In this document: positions 25,156 through 37,467 of the stretch, piece after piece
Layout of the letters: each line of letters begins with the position of its first letter
Position numbering within the stretch: the stretch's first letter is position 1
Assembly (NCBI GenBank): GCA_028534125.1
Contig: CM052817.1
Span: 85,314,001-85,378,000, forward strand
Direction of reading: 5' to 3'
DNA from: Lama glama
Taxonomy: Eukaryota
DNA: 64,000 bases
Position numbers and translations under genes: made by a program
The notes under the pieces: model-generated
What the model saw: only the letters and a program-made list of their open reading frames with translations
Told to the model about the DNA's origin: nothing
Database searches by the model: none

Positions 25156-26539
25156 CAGAAGCATATGAATTGGTATCCTATCCCCAGGATCACAGGGCCA
25201 GAGAGTATGGATAGTATTTTCTGCTTGCTCCAATAGAACAATTTTGAGGGACAGCTACTAACTTTGACCTGTTCACATTCTAACTCCTGGCATCAGGAGG
25301 GGAAAGAAAGCAGAATCAGAGAGGGCTGCTGGGAAGACAGCCCAGAAGCCACAGAGGACTGTTGTACATGTAAGTGTCTCTGTCCTTTTAAGTGTTTGTT
25401 CAATAGCAGAAATATAGACCCAAAACCTCAGTTGGAAGAACAAAGTATAGGTAATGCAGTTTTCCCTAAGAAAACACATGAGCTGCAGTCTCCCAGCAAA
25501 GAATCAACTCCGATTTATTTGAATGCTGTATTCCACACCATGGTTTTGAATCCCTAAACTCTTCAAAAAGTATTAGAGCTCCTCCCTCCAATACTTCTAA
25601 ACATTTCTGAGAGTGTCTAGAAATATTGGTGAAATGGTATAGAAAGCAATGTTTCATCTCATGCAGCAGATGCTTAATGATAAATCTAAGCTACAATTTA
25701 AATCCTAAAATATGTTATTTGGTGTCAAGTGACTTTGTACATTGAGAAGTACATCATTGTAATGTATCAAAATGTGGGTGATCTTTTTAATATTAACACC
25801 AGAAATAGGGATCCAAATTAGAAAGCTAGAAAGGCTTGCTCTAGGAACAACATAAGTAGAAAAGATAAAGACTACAATTTTATCTCTTAAAAACTATCAT
25901 TCCAAAATGAAAGTATATAAGTTTTCCAAATCTTTCTTCCTAATGTTCCCTTCCCTCAACTTCCTAAACTCTAAATGCTACTGAAATAAATCTTTTGCTG
26001 TTATCTGTGGCATGAGTTAGAAGTGAATGTTACTTTGTTGTTGTTACTAAGTCTGTACTTGTTATGCATATGACAAAGTCTTATTATTCCATCGAAAAAG
26101 TCATAATTTAAATTACTTTTCACACATTTTAATGCTGTTCTGTATTGTTCTTAATGAAGGTCGGACCTGTGAGATAATACACTATTAATGGCTGAATTCT
26201 AGCTGTTTTGTATGTATTATACATTTGACAAGAATTCAGCTTCAGAAGGAGCAGTTCATTTACATAGAAAATGTTTTGCTATAAGCAAACCAAAGCATGC
26301 TTACATCCAAATATAGAAACATGTTGGTGGATTGATAGTTTTATATTGTGAAGAATACACACACGCGTGCATACACTCACACACACACACACACAACATA
26401 CATATATTCTCTTGGGCTCAGATGATAAAGATAAAATGTATTTTGTAGTTGAGGGTATTTTATTTCCTTTCATTCACACTTGATCTTTTGTTCAGTTGTT
26501 GTATTTATTTTTTGTATGTTTTATAGCTATTTAATCATT

Positions 26540-26745
26540 TAGTTGATGAGCACCTAACAAGGATGTCATCCTTACCACTCTATAGGTATCTTCTCATTTA
26601 AGCCTCAAAAAGTATTCATGATAAGCTTTGACCTATTTTACTTAGGAGGAAACTGAGGTTTTGAGTCTCTGTAAGCTTTGAAGTGACAAAGCCAGGCTAA
26701 CTTAAAATACATCCCCATGCTGTGAACCAGTATTCTGTGCTTTCT
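26540..26745 (-). mobile_element. MIR SINE relic
   Basis: 'tctcatttaagcctcaaaaag...cctattttacttaggaggaaactgaggtttt'. Confidence 0.65.
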
Positions 26746-26856
26746 ACCCACCAGAATAAGGGGGAAGGAGGATGGGCCGAAGTTCCATTGCCTTTTTTGA
26801 AATTAGATCATCAGATATTTTGTATATAGTTTACAGACTTATTGTGCCTTATTTAA

Positions 26857-26999
26857 TTAATTTTTTTAAACTTTTTTTTTTTTGGTGGGAAGATAAACAG
26901 TGTATTTATTTATTATTTTTAATGGAGGTACTGGGGATTGAACCCAGGGCCTCATGCATGCTAAACATGTGCTCTGCCACTGAGCTATACTCTCCCAAC
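26857..26999 (-). mobile_element. tRNA-derived SINE (camelid Vic-1-like)
   Basis: Minus strand 'gggagagtatagctcagtggcagagcacatgtttagcatgcatgaggccctgggttcaatccccagtacctcc' has Pol III box A (TAGCTCAGTGG) and box B (GGTTCAATCC), then an A-rich tail. 15-bp TSD ttgtgccttatttaa (26842-26856) / ttgtgccttacttaa (27000-27014). Confidence 0.92.
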
Positions 27000-29324
27000 T
27001 TGTGCCTTACTTAAATCTCATATTTTTTTGGAGCAGAGAAGGATGCTTTAAATAATCTTTTTTTTATGGTGAAACTATAAGCTGTACTGAATTATTCGTA
27101 TCCTTTTAGATTGTTATAAATGTTGAAGAAATCTGACAGTTGAGCAATTTTCCAATTAATGCAATCAATATCTAAACTAAATCTGTAAAGAAACATTAAA
27201 ATCCTTCAAAGTTAGAATTGATATGGATAATTGATTTAATTTTTCATTTTAACCCTTAGAAGCAGCCTAAATCAAGGTTTAATTTATAAATTGAATTTTC
27301 TCTAAGTATAGATACCTGAGGTTAGGTTTTATATTTCATTCCATAGCTCCTTCTCACAGCTTCTTAAATTTGTTGTCTTTCTTGATTCATTTTGATTTTC
27401 AAACCTGGGGTTGATTTACTTCAATGTGTTCTCAAAGAGCATGGAAAGGATAAATAGTTTTCTTTTAACTTTTATTCATTATGGGCAGTTGAAACTAAGT
27501 AATCAGTCAATTGCTACCTGATCCATGACCACCAACAATGATTGGCTTCTATCTTTTAGAGAGAGGGGAGGAAAGAAAACTCTAAAGGGTTTTGATGAGC
27601 AGGTTTAGAGAAAAATTGTTGGGGTTGATAGGTCGTATTTCTCCACTCAGCCCAGGCACACATGCCTTTGTGACTTTAGGGTAGAGATGAGAGTCATCAC
27701 TAGTGCAGCGCTTACCCAGAAATCATTAATGAAAAGAGAGAAGTTTTTGATAAAGAAAAGTATAAATACTGTTAGTGGTGCATTCTATTCAGTTACGTAT
27801 ACTTTTGTCTGTCCCTTAATTGAGACATATTGAAATATCTGTGAGAGAGGAGACAAGGTGAACATAATGTTTCTGAGAGAGAGAAGCCTGAGAGAATGGG
27901 AGCAGGTGTTCTCTGCCCCCAGTTTTTGCCTCGGATTTGAGGGACCACAAGTCCTGAGAAGTAAGAGCAGAGTGAAAAAAGGTAGGCAAGGAGGAGACAA
28001 AAACCTCTTCTTTGAGGTTTTGGAACAGGAATGAAGAGTTATAGTGAGGCGCACACATTTTAATCAGCTAATCTATGACTCCTGTACAGGAAATTGAAGG
28101 AAACAAAATGGGGATCTATATTGAGAGGTTTGTTTCTAACTTAATTCTGACTAAAACTTGAATGGGCAAACTCTGGAGGGATATTGAGGATTTGTGAAAC
28201 ATTTCTTACCTTCTGATGTATAGGATTCCCATGAGACTAAGTTCACTTTGTGCTTATCTGCTGCATTTTTTTCATAGGAAATCCACACAGACAGACATTC
28301 ACATCATATTCATTCTAATTTTATCAAATAGCAATAAAAAGTATATGCTCTAAATACATTAAAATTCATTTTATTTTTAAGATTTAATACTGAAAGTTAT
28401 ACCTGTAGTTCTCTGGTATACCTGATGAAAAAGATGTATCTTCCTTATTTCCATTCATCCATTATTTCAGAATTTTTGGGAAACTCTCCTGTGCAAGATA
28501 TTTTTTAATATCCATTCATTCCAAATAGGGAGACTATAAATAAATTTAAGTGCATTGTTGAAAATAGTAGACATCTATAGCCAATGTAGGTAAAAATCAG
28601 CTTTAAAGTGTAATAATTTTATTTTCTATCTTGCCAAATTTATCATCTGGACAATGAGTTACCAGGTGCACATGGAGGCCATTAATGACACATTCATCTA
28701 ATTTCTTTTTCCCTTGCAATCCAACCTATGAAAAAATATAATTCTGGTTGCTCTTCTATTTGCAGCTGTACTGAGATTGATTACTGGAGCTCTCCCTTCC
28801 AGCTTCATTGCCACTGGCAGGCCTGGAGGTGAGATCCCTTTTCAGTTCTTTGAAATGCTCTGATAGAATCTGCCTTCTAGTTTTATGTCCACAACCCCCT
28901 TTTCATGGCCACTTATTTCCTCTCGCTGCTGAATATTTCATTTTAAAAAGAATGGAAATGTGTGTGCTTTTAGCCTTATCTGGTTGAGTGTTCTCTGGCT
29001 ATTCGTTTTGCAATAAAGCAGGCAGTAATGCACTCACTGACAATAAAGAGGAGTGTTTTCCTTTCTTTTTCTGTCATCACTTCTGCTTATGTCTGTGAGT
29101 ACTGAATGATCACTTTCCCTCACGTTCTGTTTTATTAGTGATTTTGTCTTATAAACATATATGTGTATAAATGGCAGGTATTAAATATGTATATACAGAG
29201 AAATAAAAAGTATTTTTTAAGAGTAAATTCAGATCTCATTTTACATGCTTTAAGAAATGTTCTGTTAGGAAGTATACTGATATTGCTCCATTCTTATCTC
29301 TGCAAGGGGGTGAACAGAGGTCAC

Positions 29325-29560
29325 ATGCAGAGGTTATGAGCATGTGCTGGAACCTGGTTCTCTGGATTTTATTCCAGGCTTTGCTACTTATTTGCCATAC
29401 AACCTTGAGCAAGTTATTTCAGTCTTCTCTCTCTCAATTCCCTCATTTATAAAGCTGAGAAAAAGACCAATATCAAAAGGTTAGTGTGAAGAGCAAATTA
29501 GGGAATTGAAGCGCTAAAGGTAGTCTGTGACACCTAGTAGGTAATAAATAAATGTCGGAT
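29325..29560 (+). mobile_element. MIR SINE relic
   Basis: 'ccaggctttgctacttatttgccatacaaccttgagcaagttattt...ctcaattccctcatttataaa'. Confidence 0.75.
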
Positions 29561-29649
29561 GCTGTGCCAATAGTATTGATAAGATTCCAACAAATAAATA
29601 CTAATACCTGAAAAATGGCTGAATGGCTTGATGTTCCCAAAAGAAATGT

Positions 29650-29781
29650 ACCATCCATAAAGAGTATGTTTGTTTTGTTCACTCTTGTTTTTTGTGGCAC
29701 CTGGAATGGTGCTTAGACATATAATTGATGTTCAGTATATATTTTGCAATACATTGAATTAAAGAATGAGTGAATGAATGA
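29650..29781 (+). mobile_element. L2 3' end relic
   Basis: 'gttttgttcact...gcacctggaatggtgcttagacatata...gaatgagtgaatgaatga', ending in a (TGAA)n-type tail. Confidence 0.75.
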
Positions 29782-31009
29782 GGGATGATTATCTGAGTGT
29801 GTATGTGTATATAATTTATGTTTAGTAAGTGTGGATAATTTATTGTTTTTAAGAACAATAAAGTCAGTAGTAGATTTATGAATTAATAATTGGTTAGCGA
29901 CTTGACATTAAAAATTTGAGGATAGGCAATTTTGAGGAAAGAAAATTTAAAGACAGATAATTGGTTAAGAAATCCAAACACCTAAGAGGGCTTTAGGATC
30001 TGAAGAGATGTAATACTGTGGAAAGGACACTGAAGCAAGGCAAGGCCTGGAATCCTGCTCTTAGCTCTGCTGTGAAATCTTCCTTAATGCAGTAACAGCT
30101 CTGAAAGTCTGTTTTCTCTTATATAATCTGCTGGTTTCACTGGGTTACTGAAGTAAATACAAATTGTGGTATTCTGTTGATTTCTGATAAACTGGAATGA
30201 AATAACTCCTTTTTCTTCCACACTTACGCTGCTTGCCAACACATGTACCGTGCCCCTCCCCTCCCTGAAAGTCTCATAAGATTGCTTACATCATGTATCA
30301 GCTGGGCTTATCCACCTGGTAAGATCTAGGGTAAGATAGACTTGAATTCCCATTCCATGCTCTTTTCTATAGAGAAGCCTAAAGTCCTTCCTTTAAATTC
30401 TACAAATTCCTCAAAATGTCCTGCTTTTTCAGTCACTTCTTGCTGTTTCTGCATTCTTGTCTCCACACATCCATCTGGCAGCTGTTGCTTTATCTATAGT
30501 GTCAACCTTAATGTGGTGTCAGCTCCTGTCTTTGAATTCCCCCCAAAAGTTTAAACATGTGAGACTTTTGTGAGATTGTTCAAAATTTTAAAGGAGTTAG
30601 AAGCAATGAGTTACAATAGGATCACAAGCAATTCAATGTTGAATATTTGATATTCTTGTGTTAAAAACATGTTTTTTTTTTTTTTTTAATGTGGCTCATT
30701 GACTGCCTCTCAGCTTTCCTGTTCTCCTCATCCCAAATCCCTTTTCTCTGGTAGTGCGCATCAATGTAGTTATTTCTTTGGAGCCTTCTCTCCTGCTACT
30801 TCATCCTCACAAGCCAGTTTCTTTCTGCTTGAAGCTCCTTATCAAGACGTTTTCCTGAAAAATGACAATTTTTCTCCCTAAAATATTTTATTACTGACAA
30901 TTTTGCACCTACAAAATTTGGTCAAGCATACTCAATTTTTTGTTCCAGTGAAACATGAGAAAAATTAATGTGTTCAACCTCCTTGTTTTGCCGTAAAGTA
31001 AATTGCTGA

Positions 31010-31245
31010 TTCCTTCTCCTTTACCTTTTCTCCTTCTTACATTGACAGCTGAGATGGTCATCTGTCTCAGGAGTCATAAAGAAAGACATATGAGAAGGTA
31101 GAAGAATTTTGAACCCTGATGCTTTTGAAAAGCAGAACAGCATACTATATGAGCCCGGACTTGGGAGAAAGTTAGGTTTCTACTTTAGTTGATCTCTTTT
31201 TAAGTTGAGTCTCTATTACATGCAGTAACTTACATCTTAATTAAT
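31010..31245 (+). mobile_element. Degraded MaLR (MLT1-type) LTR
   Basis: 3' end 'ttaagttgagtctctattacatgcag...catcttaattaata' resembles old MLT1 termini. Confidence 0.45.
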
Positions 31246-32689
31246 AAATTAATCATTTTCCGGAGAGCAAGACATTTTAAACACAAAAACCAGGATGATA
31301 TTTACAGGCTATTTGCTTTTGCAATTGCTAAATTCTTTCTTTCAGGCAGTTAGCCAAGAAATACCAGTTGCTTGAGTAAATTTTAAGAGTAGGGGACGGA
31401 GAAGACTAAGATAAGAAATAAAATTCCAAGAAGACACTTGTATATTTTATTTAAAATATGATACTACCACATTCCTATAGATGCCATGGAGCATCTGTAT
31501 TGAAATTTGAAAGGACTGCTACAGGCTCATCTGTAAGAAGAAAGCAGCACAGACGTCTTTGCTTCAAGGTCTTTTTTTTTTTTCTTTTTAACCTACAATA
31601 ATGCATCCCATTTAAAAATAAACTTCAAGAATTAATTGAGAAAATTAAAAGATGATGAAAAGGACAATTTTAAAACATTCTTATATTACACCAAGAAAAT
31701 GTAGGAATATTGTACTCAATTTGGCTTCAGTTGTTAAGTTGCATTTTAAAAAAAAGGATACTATCTCCTGAACCAGCTAGGACCAAATTTGCACATTAAT
31801 TTATTCACCCTTCTCTTTATAGAAGCCCAGCAGTATAGTTCTTGCTACCATCATCTAAAAAAAGCAAGATTATAGCCACATCCTTGAATGATTCCAGAAC
31901 ATTCAGGGTTATTCAGTGATGAGCTATTTACTAAGGAATGATGAATACAGAATAGCACGAGAGGCAGTGAACAGTGGGACTGGTAATCTTTTGTGTGCAA
32001 AAATATTTTATTTGAAAATTATAATTAATCTTTCTAGGTTAGCAGGCTAACCATATAGTTAAAGCAGGAGATACTTGAAAGAGCCTTGCATGTCAATCAA
32101 ATATGATTGATAAACAAACATCATAAGTGAACAATGGGTTGTACATATCAACCTGCTCAACTGAAGTAGATCTGGGAAGATAAAGGTGACATTTATGTGG
32201 GCAGGGAGAAGGGTTGTTATACTTCAGGCATCATGTCTTGCCAAATGTGTTTCTTGGAACATGCTCTTGTTATTCAAAAAGGAAAATAAAAATCGTGCCA
32301 TCGAAGACATTAGTTCTAAGATGTTTGATTTCATTTGGCAGCTAAATATTAAGAAATGCTTTAAAAATGAAAGAGGGAATGATAAGGAACAATTTGGAGT
32401 AACAGCTACCGAGATCTGCAGAAAGTATAAAGCTGATTGACATGTAACATTGTAGTAATCATGGGAATTGGGGAGTATGGACCTGAATGTCATGAATAGC
32501 CATTCCTGTCTATTTTTCTTGGTGTGCTTTGAGGAATAGTCAGTGAAGAAGGTGGTGACAGAGAGGAATACTTTCGGGAGGAACAGGTGGTCTACCAAAT
32601 TGTTGATAAGATTTACCTTCGGCTGTCACATTTAGTATGTTTTAAGAAAAAACATGTACTCACTTCAGATTTTGAATATGCTGCTTTAG

Positions 32690-33600
32690 CAAGACCGTTA
32701 AGGAAATTTAAAGAGGTAAGTTGAATATTAAAAATAGGCAAAATATTATAACTTCTATAGATAAAGAAAATAAAGACATAAGGAAATAATATACTGAGAT
32801 GAACTTAAAAAGCTAGGTAACTATGGTGAAATGAGACCAAAGGAAACCCAAAATTTAAATTCATAATTAAAATTGATTCTGAAATACTATCAAGCAGAGT
32901 CAACCCTTTCAAAATAATCAATGCCTTGGAGAACAAACTTGAAAATAATTCAGGATACAAGAGAGTGAAAATAAAATGAAGAATGATCACTAAAGACAAG
33001 GTCAAAGAACAGATACCCAGTAAAGGGTTAGAGTTGTGAATAAACAAAAGGTAGAAGTAACAGAAATAGATATTAACAGAAAATCACAGTAATAGAACAT
33101 AAATAGCAAATCAAGATATAGACAAAAACTTTCTAAACTAGAAATTATGTATGTATATGCATGTATCTATAATCTATAATATGTAATGAATTACATATAA
33201 TTGAAATATATAATTTAATATACACACAACCAAGCAGCAAAATTGAAAGAAAAACAAAACAATTACACAAAAAATTTACCTTATGTTAAAATGTAATCTG
33301 AGAAATATACTTAATTTTAACAATAAAGAACCCTAACAACATTTAAATATACAGTTTTAATTTACAAAAGAATCAAAGAAGTTTTCTACAGTATTAAATA
33401 TCAAGGCACAACAGAACAGTAGCAACAGAATATGGAGAGAAGAACTTGGGGCTCAAGATATCTAGAATGAGCATATGGAACTTCCATTGCAAGCTAATTC
33501 AAAGTCACTCTCAGATATACAGAGGTCAGATAATATTTATTCGTTCTTCTTGAGGAAGTTCCTGAAAGTCAATATTTTAGGAATGGCAAAATAGACTGTG
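32690..33600 (+). mobile_element. Very degraded L1 ORF1 / HAL1-like relic
   Basis: Strongly A-biased plus strand with ORF1-like motifs ('gttttctacagtattaaatatcaaggcacaacagaacag'). No open frame. Confidence 0.4.
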
Positions 33601-33789
33601 ATAGGTGAGTAGTAACAATCAAATATTAAGTATAAGAGTTTAAAATGTTTACATTAACTGCAAACTACATCTGTTATTCAAAGTTTAATGATAGGATAAG
33701 AGAAAATGATAAAAATACATTAAGTGAATGACCCATAGTTGACTTGATGACATTTGAGTATGTTTATGTAGAAAAGAGAGCATGGGCAG

Positions 33790-34093
33790 AGGGCAGGGGA
33801 GGATTTGGAGAAGTTGAAGACAAGTTGTGTGGGGAACTAGAGGAACTCTGGGCTGGGCCACCACCCGACTTACCCAGGTAAGGGAGCAGACCAGAGACAA
33901 ATGTGTGAGCTGTGGCATTGCCCACCCTACACCCAACTTCGGGACATAAAAATGACTACTCCTTCATTTCTACCTTTCCAATCTCATGCAAGTTTCTCTT
34001 GTGAGCTTCTCTAACTTGGAACAATACCAGGAAGGTAATTTTTCAAAAAATACTTGCAGCTTAGCTAAATTGACACAGTATAAAACCACTATA
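33790..34093 (-). mobile_element. LTR33-like ERVL LTR (3' LTR of the adjacent provirus)
   Basis: Minus strand begins 'tatagtggttttatactgtgtcaatttagctaagctgcaag...cacaagagaaacttgcatgagattggaaaggtagaaatgaag', matching the recalled LTR33 5' end. Confidence 0.7.
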
Positions 34094-34640
34094 GTTCATA
34101 CATACACATCTGTTTTTTAAAAATTTTAATCATAGTTAACTTTCAAATAAAGAGAATGGCAAGTTTCACCTTACATGATAGAAATAACCCATGTATAGAC
34201 AAAAGCATGCCAACCTCCAGTGAAAGAATATACAGTATCCCTTAATCCATCTTTGGTTGTTTATTTCTCTTCTAACCTAATCACATTCAACTTGATATGC
34301 TGTAGCATTAATATGGAAATTCAAGGTTAACTATCTTAGGTTTCTGGTAGGTAAATTGCTAATGGAAAGGGAAAAATGGAAACATTTGATTAATATATAC
34401 TTAAATATATTCACATCAAAACAAGGACAAACTATTCATAATGATTACAATCTTAGTTTCTGCAATCTATCAAGTCATTTCTGCAGGTGGTCATATGGCA
34501 AATCCACTATGGGAAGAGTTGCTATCCCTTCAGTACATAACTTCCTTCTTCTACTAGCCATTCCATTTTCCCATTGAACTCAGCAAACACCAGGCTGTCT
34601 GTGTTTCCTTTCCTGTGGATGGACCTGAAGGATCTGGGCT

Positions 34641-34818
34641 GATTCTCAGATATAATACAGGATACCCAGTTAAATTTGAATTTCTGTTTAGTAATTAGAT
34701 TTTTATTATAAATATTTAGAAGATACTGCATGAGACATACATAAACTTAAAAAAATTATTTATCTGAAATTAAATTTTAATTAGGAATCTTGCTATTTGC
34801 TAAATCTAACAACCATCA
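34641..34818 (+). mobile_element. MER53 hAT MITE
   Basis: 'cagatataatacaggatacccagttaaatttgaatttc...tatctgaaattaaattttaattagg...tatttgctaaatctaacaacc', with internal dyad symmetry. 8-bp TSD tctgggct (34633-34640) / cctgggct (34819-34826). Confidence 0.85.
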
Positions 34819-34957
34819 CCTGGGCTATTTGTAGTTCTGCCTATATTACATTTATTATACTTTCTGTTGGCTTTATCATAGAACACGGGGTACAAAGAAG
34901 TTCTCCAGGGGTTCTCTTGCAGTCCATCCTGTTTATATCCGTTGTGAGTTGACAACA

Positions 34958-35095
34958 CCCAATTTTCCCTTGATAAATGGGATCAATTCCCTCCAGCCTT
35001 GATAGTAGGAGCCAGACCCTCTTCCTGGCTTGCTGATTCACTGACATGAGAATTTCAATGTTTCCAAGTAGCAGTCTCAACTTCCAGTTTAATGG
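34958..35095 (-). pseudogene. ERV-L dUTPase remnant
   Basis: PLNWKLRLLLGNIEILMSVNQQARKRV...GIDPIYQGKIG parallels the ERV-L dUTPase motifs (PLNWKLRLPPGHFGLLMPLNQQAKKG...GVIDPDYQGEIG, from memory). Confidence 0.85.
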
Positions 35096-37409
35096 ACTAC
35101 TTTTATTTTGCCTAATGGAAATATTCATTCTTTGGGAACTAAGAACTCTAGATGATCAGAACTTCAAATTGTAGGAACTAGAAACAAAAATTCACTAGTA
35201 GATCACAAATGGTAGTAGTGAGAGAAGCAAGTCATTATTTCCATCCCTGATTCCTATACTCACACACTTGACTTTGAGACAAACAAGTCACCATGTATAA
35301 GTCACCAACATAGTTACCACATTTTGAAAGACATTAATCAACACTACAAGTTATTGCTGCCCAAATGGAATTGTAACTGTGTTATTAAAAGGCCATTCTG
35401 TATTTCTATCAACCCATCTGCTTAAAAGTGACAGGAAACATGGTGAATTCCAAGAGCATGGGTCATAGGCACATTTAATTTGCCACAAAATGAAGCTTTG
35501 GTGGAAAGCAATGCTGTGTGAAATAACATGGAGATGAGTAAGATATTTACATATTGTGTTTTTTTGACAGAAGCACTGCAGGCAGGAAAGACAAATTCAT
35601 AACCACAGAAATTGTCTATTCCAATAAGAAAAGGTATTACCCCTTCCATAATGGAAGAGGTCCAAGAAAATCAACATGCTACCAGGCGGTCGGCAGACCC
35701 CTCAAGGGAGTGGTGCCGAATCGAGTGTTCAGTGTGGTTTTGCAGTTTGCGATTTGGGCATTAAGCAGCAATTCATCCTTGTGGATAACAGTCCATTTTG
35801 CTTAACCCTTGCAAAGCCTCTATCCCTTCTGTAATGGTTACTTTGTCCATGAATTTATTAACTAAAGACTGAGGTGGCTGGAGAGAGAGGCTGACTGAAA
35901 TCCACCTCACAATCTATCTAATCCATCTGCTTTTCAAGATCATCATTTGCTAAGGTCACTCTTTAATAAGCATTTGTACGGAAGACAAATATTTTCACAT
36001 TCTGGCCTCATTTGTTGAGGTCTATTTGCATACCTATTCCCTAGACTAACTTGTCTCCAATTATCCAATTATCCCAACTGTGTGCCTTCCAAGTCCCTGG
36101 TCATCCTGCCAAAACATTAATGACAGTTCATGAATCAGGTCTACAGCTCCAGCTCTCTCCATTTTGAAGGGAAAATGGGCACTCAGTTACATTGCTTGAA
36201 GTTCTGTCCATTGACAAGATTTCACTTCACTACTGTCTTTCAGGCCACTACAGTTGTCACAGAGTGGGGCCATAATTTTATACCTATCCACTCAAGTGGT
36301 AAAAGCATATCTGGCAGAACCATTTGCAAATCATATATGAACGTTTTTTTCCTCAAACAACTGGTAATAAAGAATTGCCCAGGAGACCATATGGGTTGTC
36401 TGAGAGAGAAGGCAGTGGAACAGAAATAGGACTCATTGGCTTCTGGGCCACCTACTCATTAAACATATTTGTATATTCAGGACCTGCTTGAGTCTGCTCT
36501 CATATTCCATTTAAAGATGAAGTGCAGTTGTGTAGGACAAATTAATGGCTTAACTGTAAATTCCCTTATGGCTATTTGGTGGCTCAGTGCTCTTGGTCTG
36601 TGTTAGAGCCTAATAGGGACCCCAAAGCTATTTTTCAGAAGGAGAATAATTATCTGGGGCTAGCATGGTTCCAGTCCAAATTGTATAGGTCTGTGCTTTA
36701 ATTTACCTATGAGGGTCTGCCATACACATTCCTATCTTCTATCAACATTTAGAGCACCATGAGATATTATGATTATAAAACCCAAAGGAAGATCAGCTTT
36801 TATGGCATTACGAATTTGTTGAAAACCTTTCTGTTGTTTTAGGATCCATGAAAAACTGTACCCTTACGGGTTACTCAGTAACCGAGTAAGAGTAGTACAT
36901 CTAGATGAGGAATATATTGTTTCCAAATTCCAAAAAAAAAAAAAAAGACTACTAGTCATTATGCTTCTTTCATAGTTCTAAGAAGGGCCAGATGCAGCTA
37001 CTTTTCCTTTACCTTAGATTATGTTGACAGATCTCAGATCACTGAACCCCTAGAAGTTTTGCTGAAGTGGTAGACACCTGAATTTTTATGGGATTTGTTT
37101 TCTACCATTTGGCTTACATACATATCACCAAAGTGTCTAAAGTAGTTGCTTCTTCCTGCTCACCAGATATAACTGCATAAAAAGATCAAGATAACAGAGC
37201 AGTGTGATGTCTTGTGGAAGGGAAAGGTGATCAACTCCTTGCAGCCTAGGTTATGACATGGAGGTGGGGAGTTAAGATGGCCTTGAAGTAAGACTGTGAA
37301 GATATATTGTTGGCCATGCTGGTTGAAAAAAACAATTTTCAGAGGGTCTTTTTTTAATAAATATAGAAGAAAATGGCTTGACCAGATCAAGAGCAGTGTA
37401 CCAGATTTT

Positions 37410-37411
37410 GC

Positions 37412-37454
<43 letters not shown>

Positions 37455-37467
37455 TACATACACATAC
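37410..37467. repeat. (CA)n/(TACA)n microsatellite inside the ERV-L RT
   Basis: Read directly. pol homology resumes on both sides. Confidence 0.95.

Noticed and set aside
26920..26999. Possible tRNA-Ala gene
   Set aside because: The A-rich tail, TSD and imperfect acceptor stem identify it as a SINE.
32186..32598. Overlapping antiparallel ORFs of 84 and 124 aa
   Set aside because: No recognisable motifs, consistent with chance ORFs.
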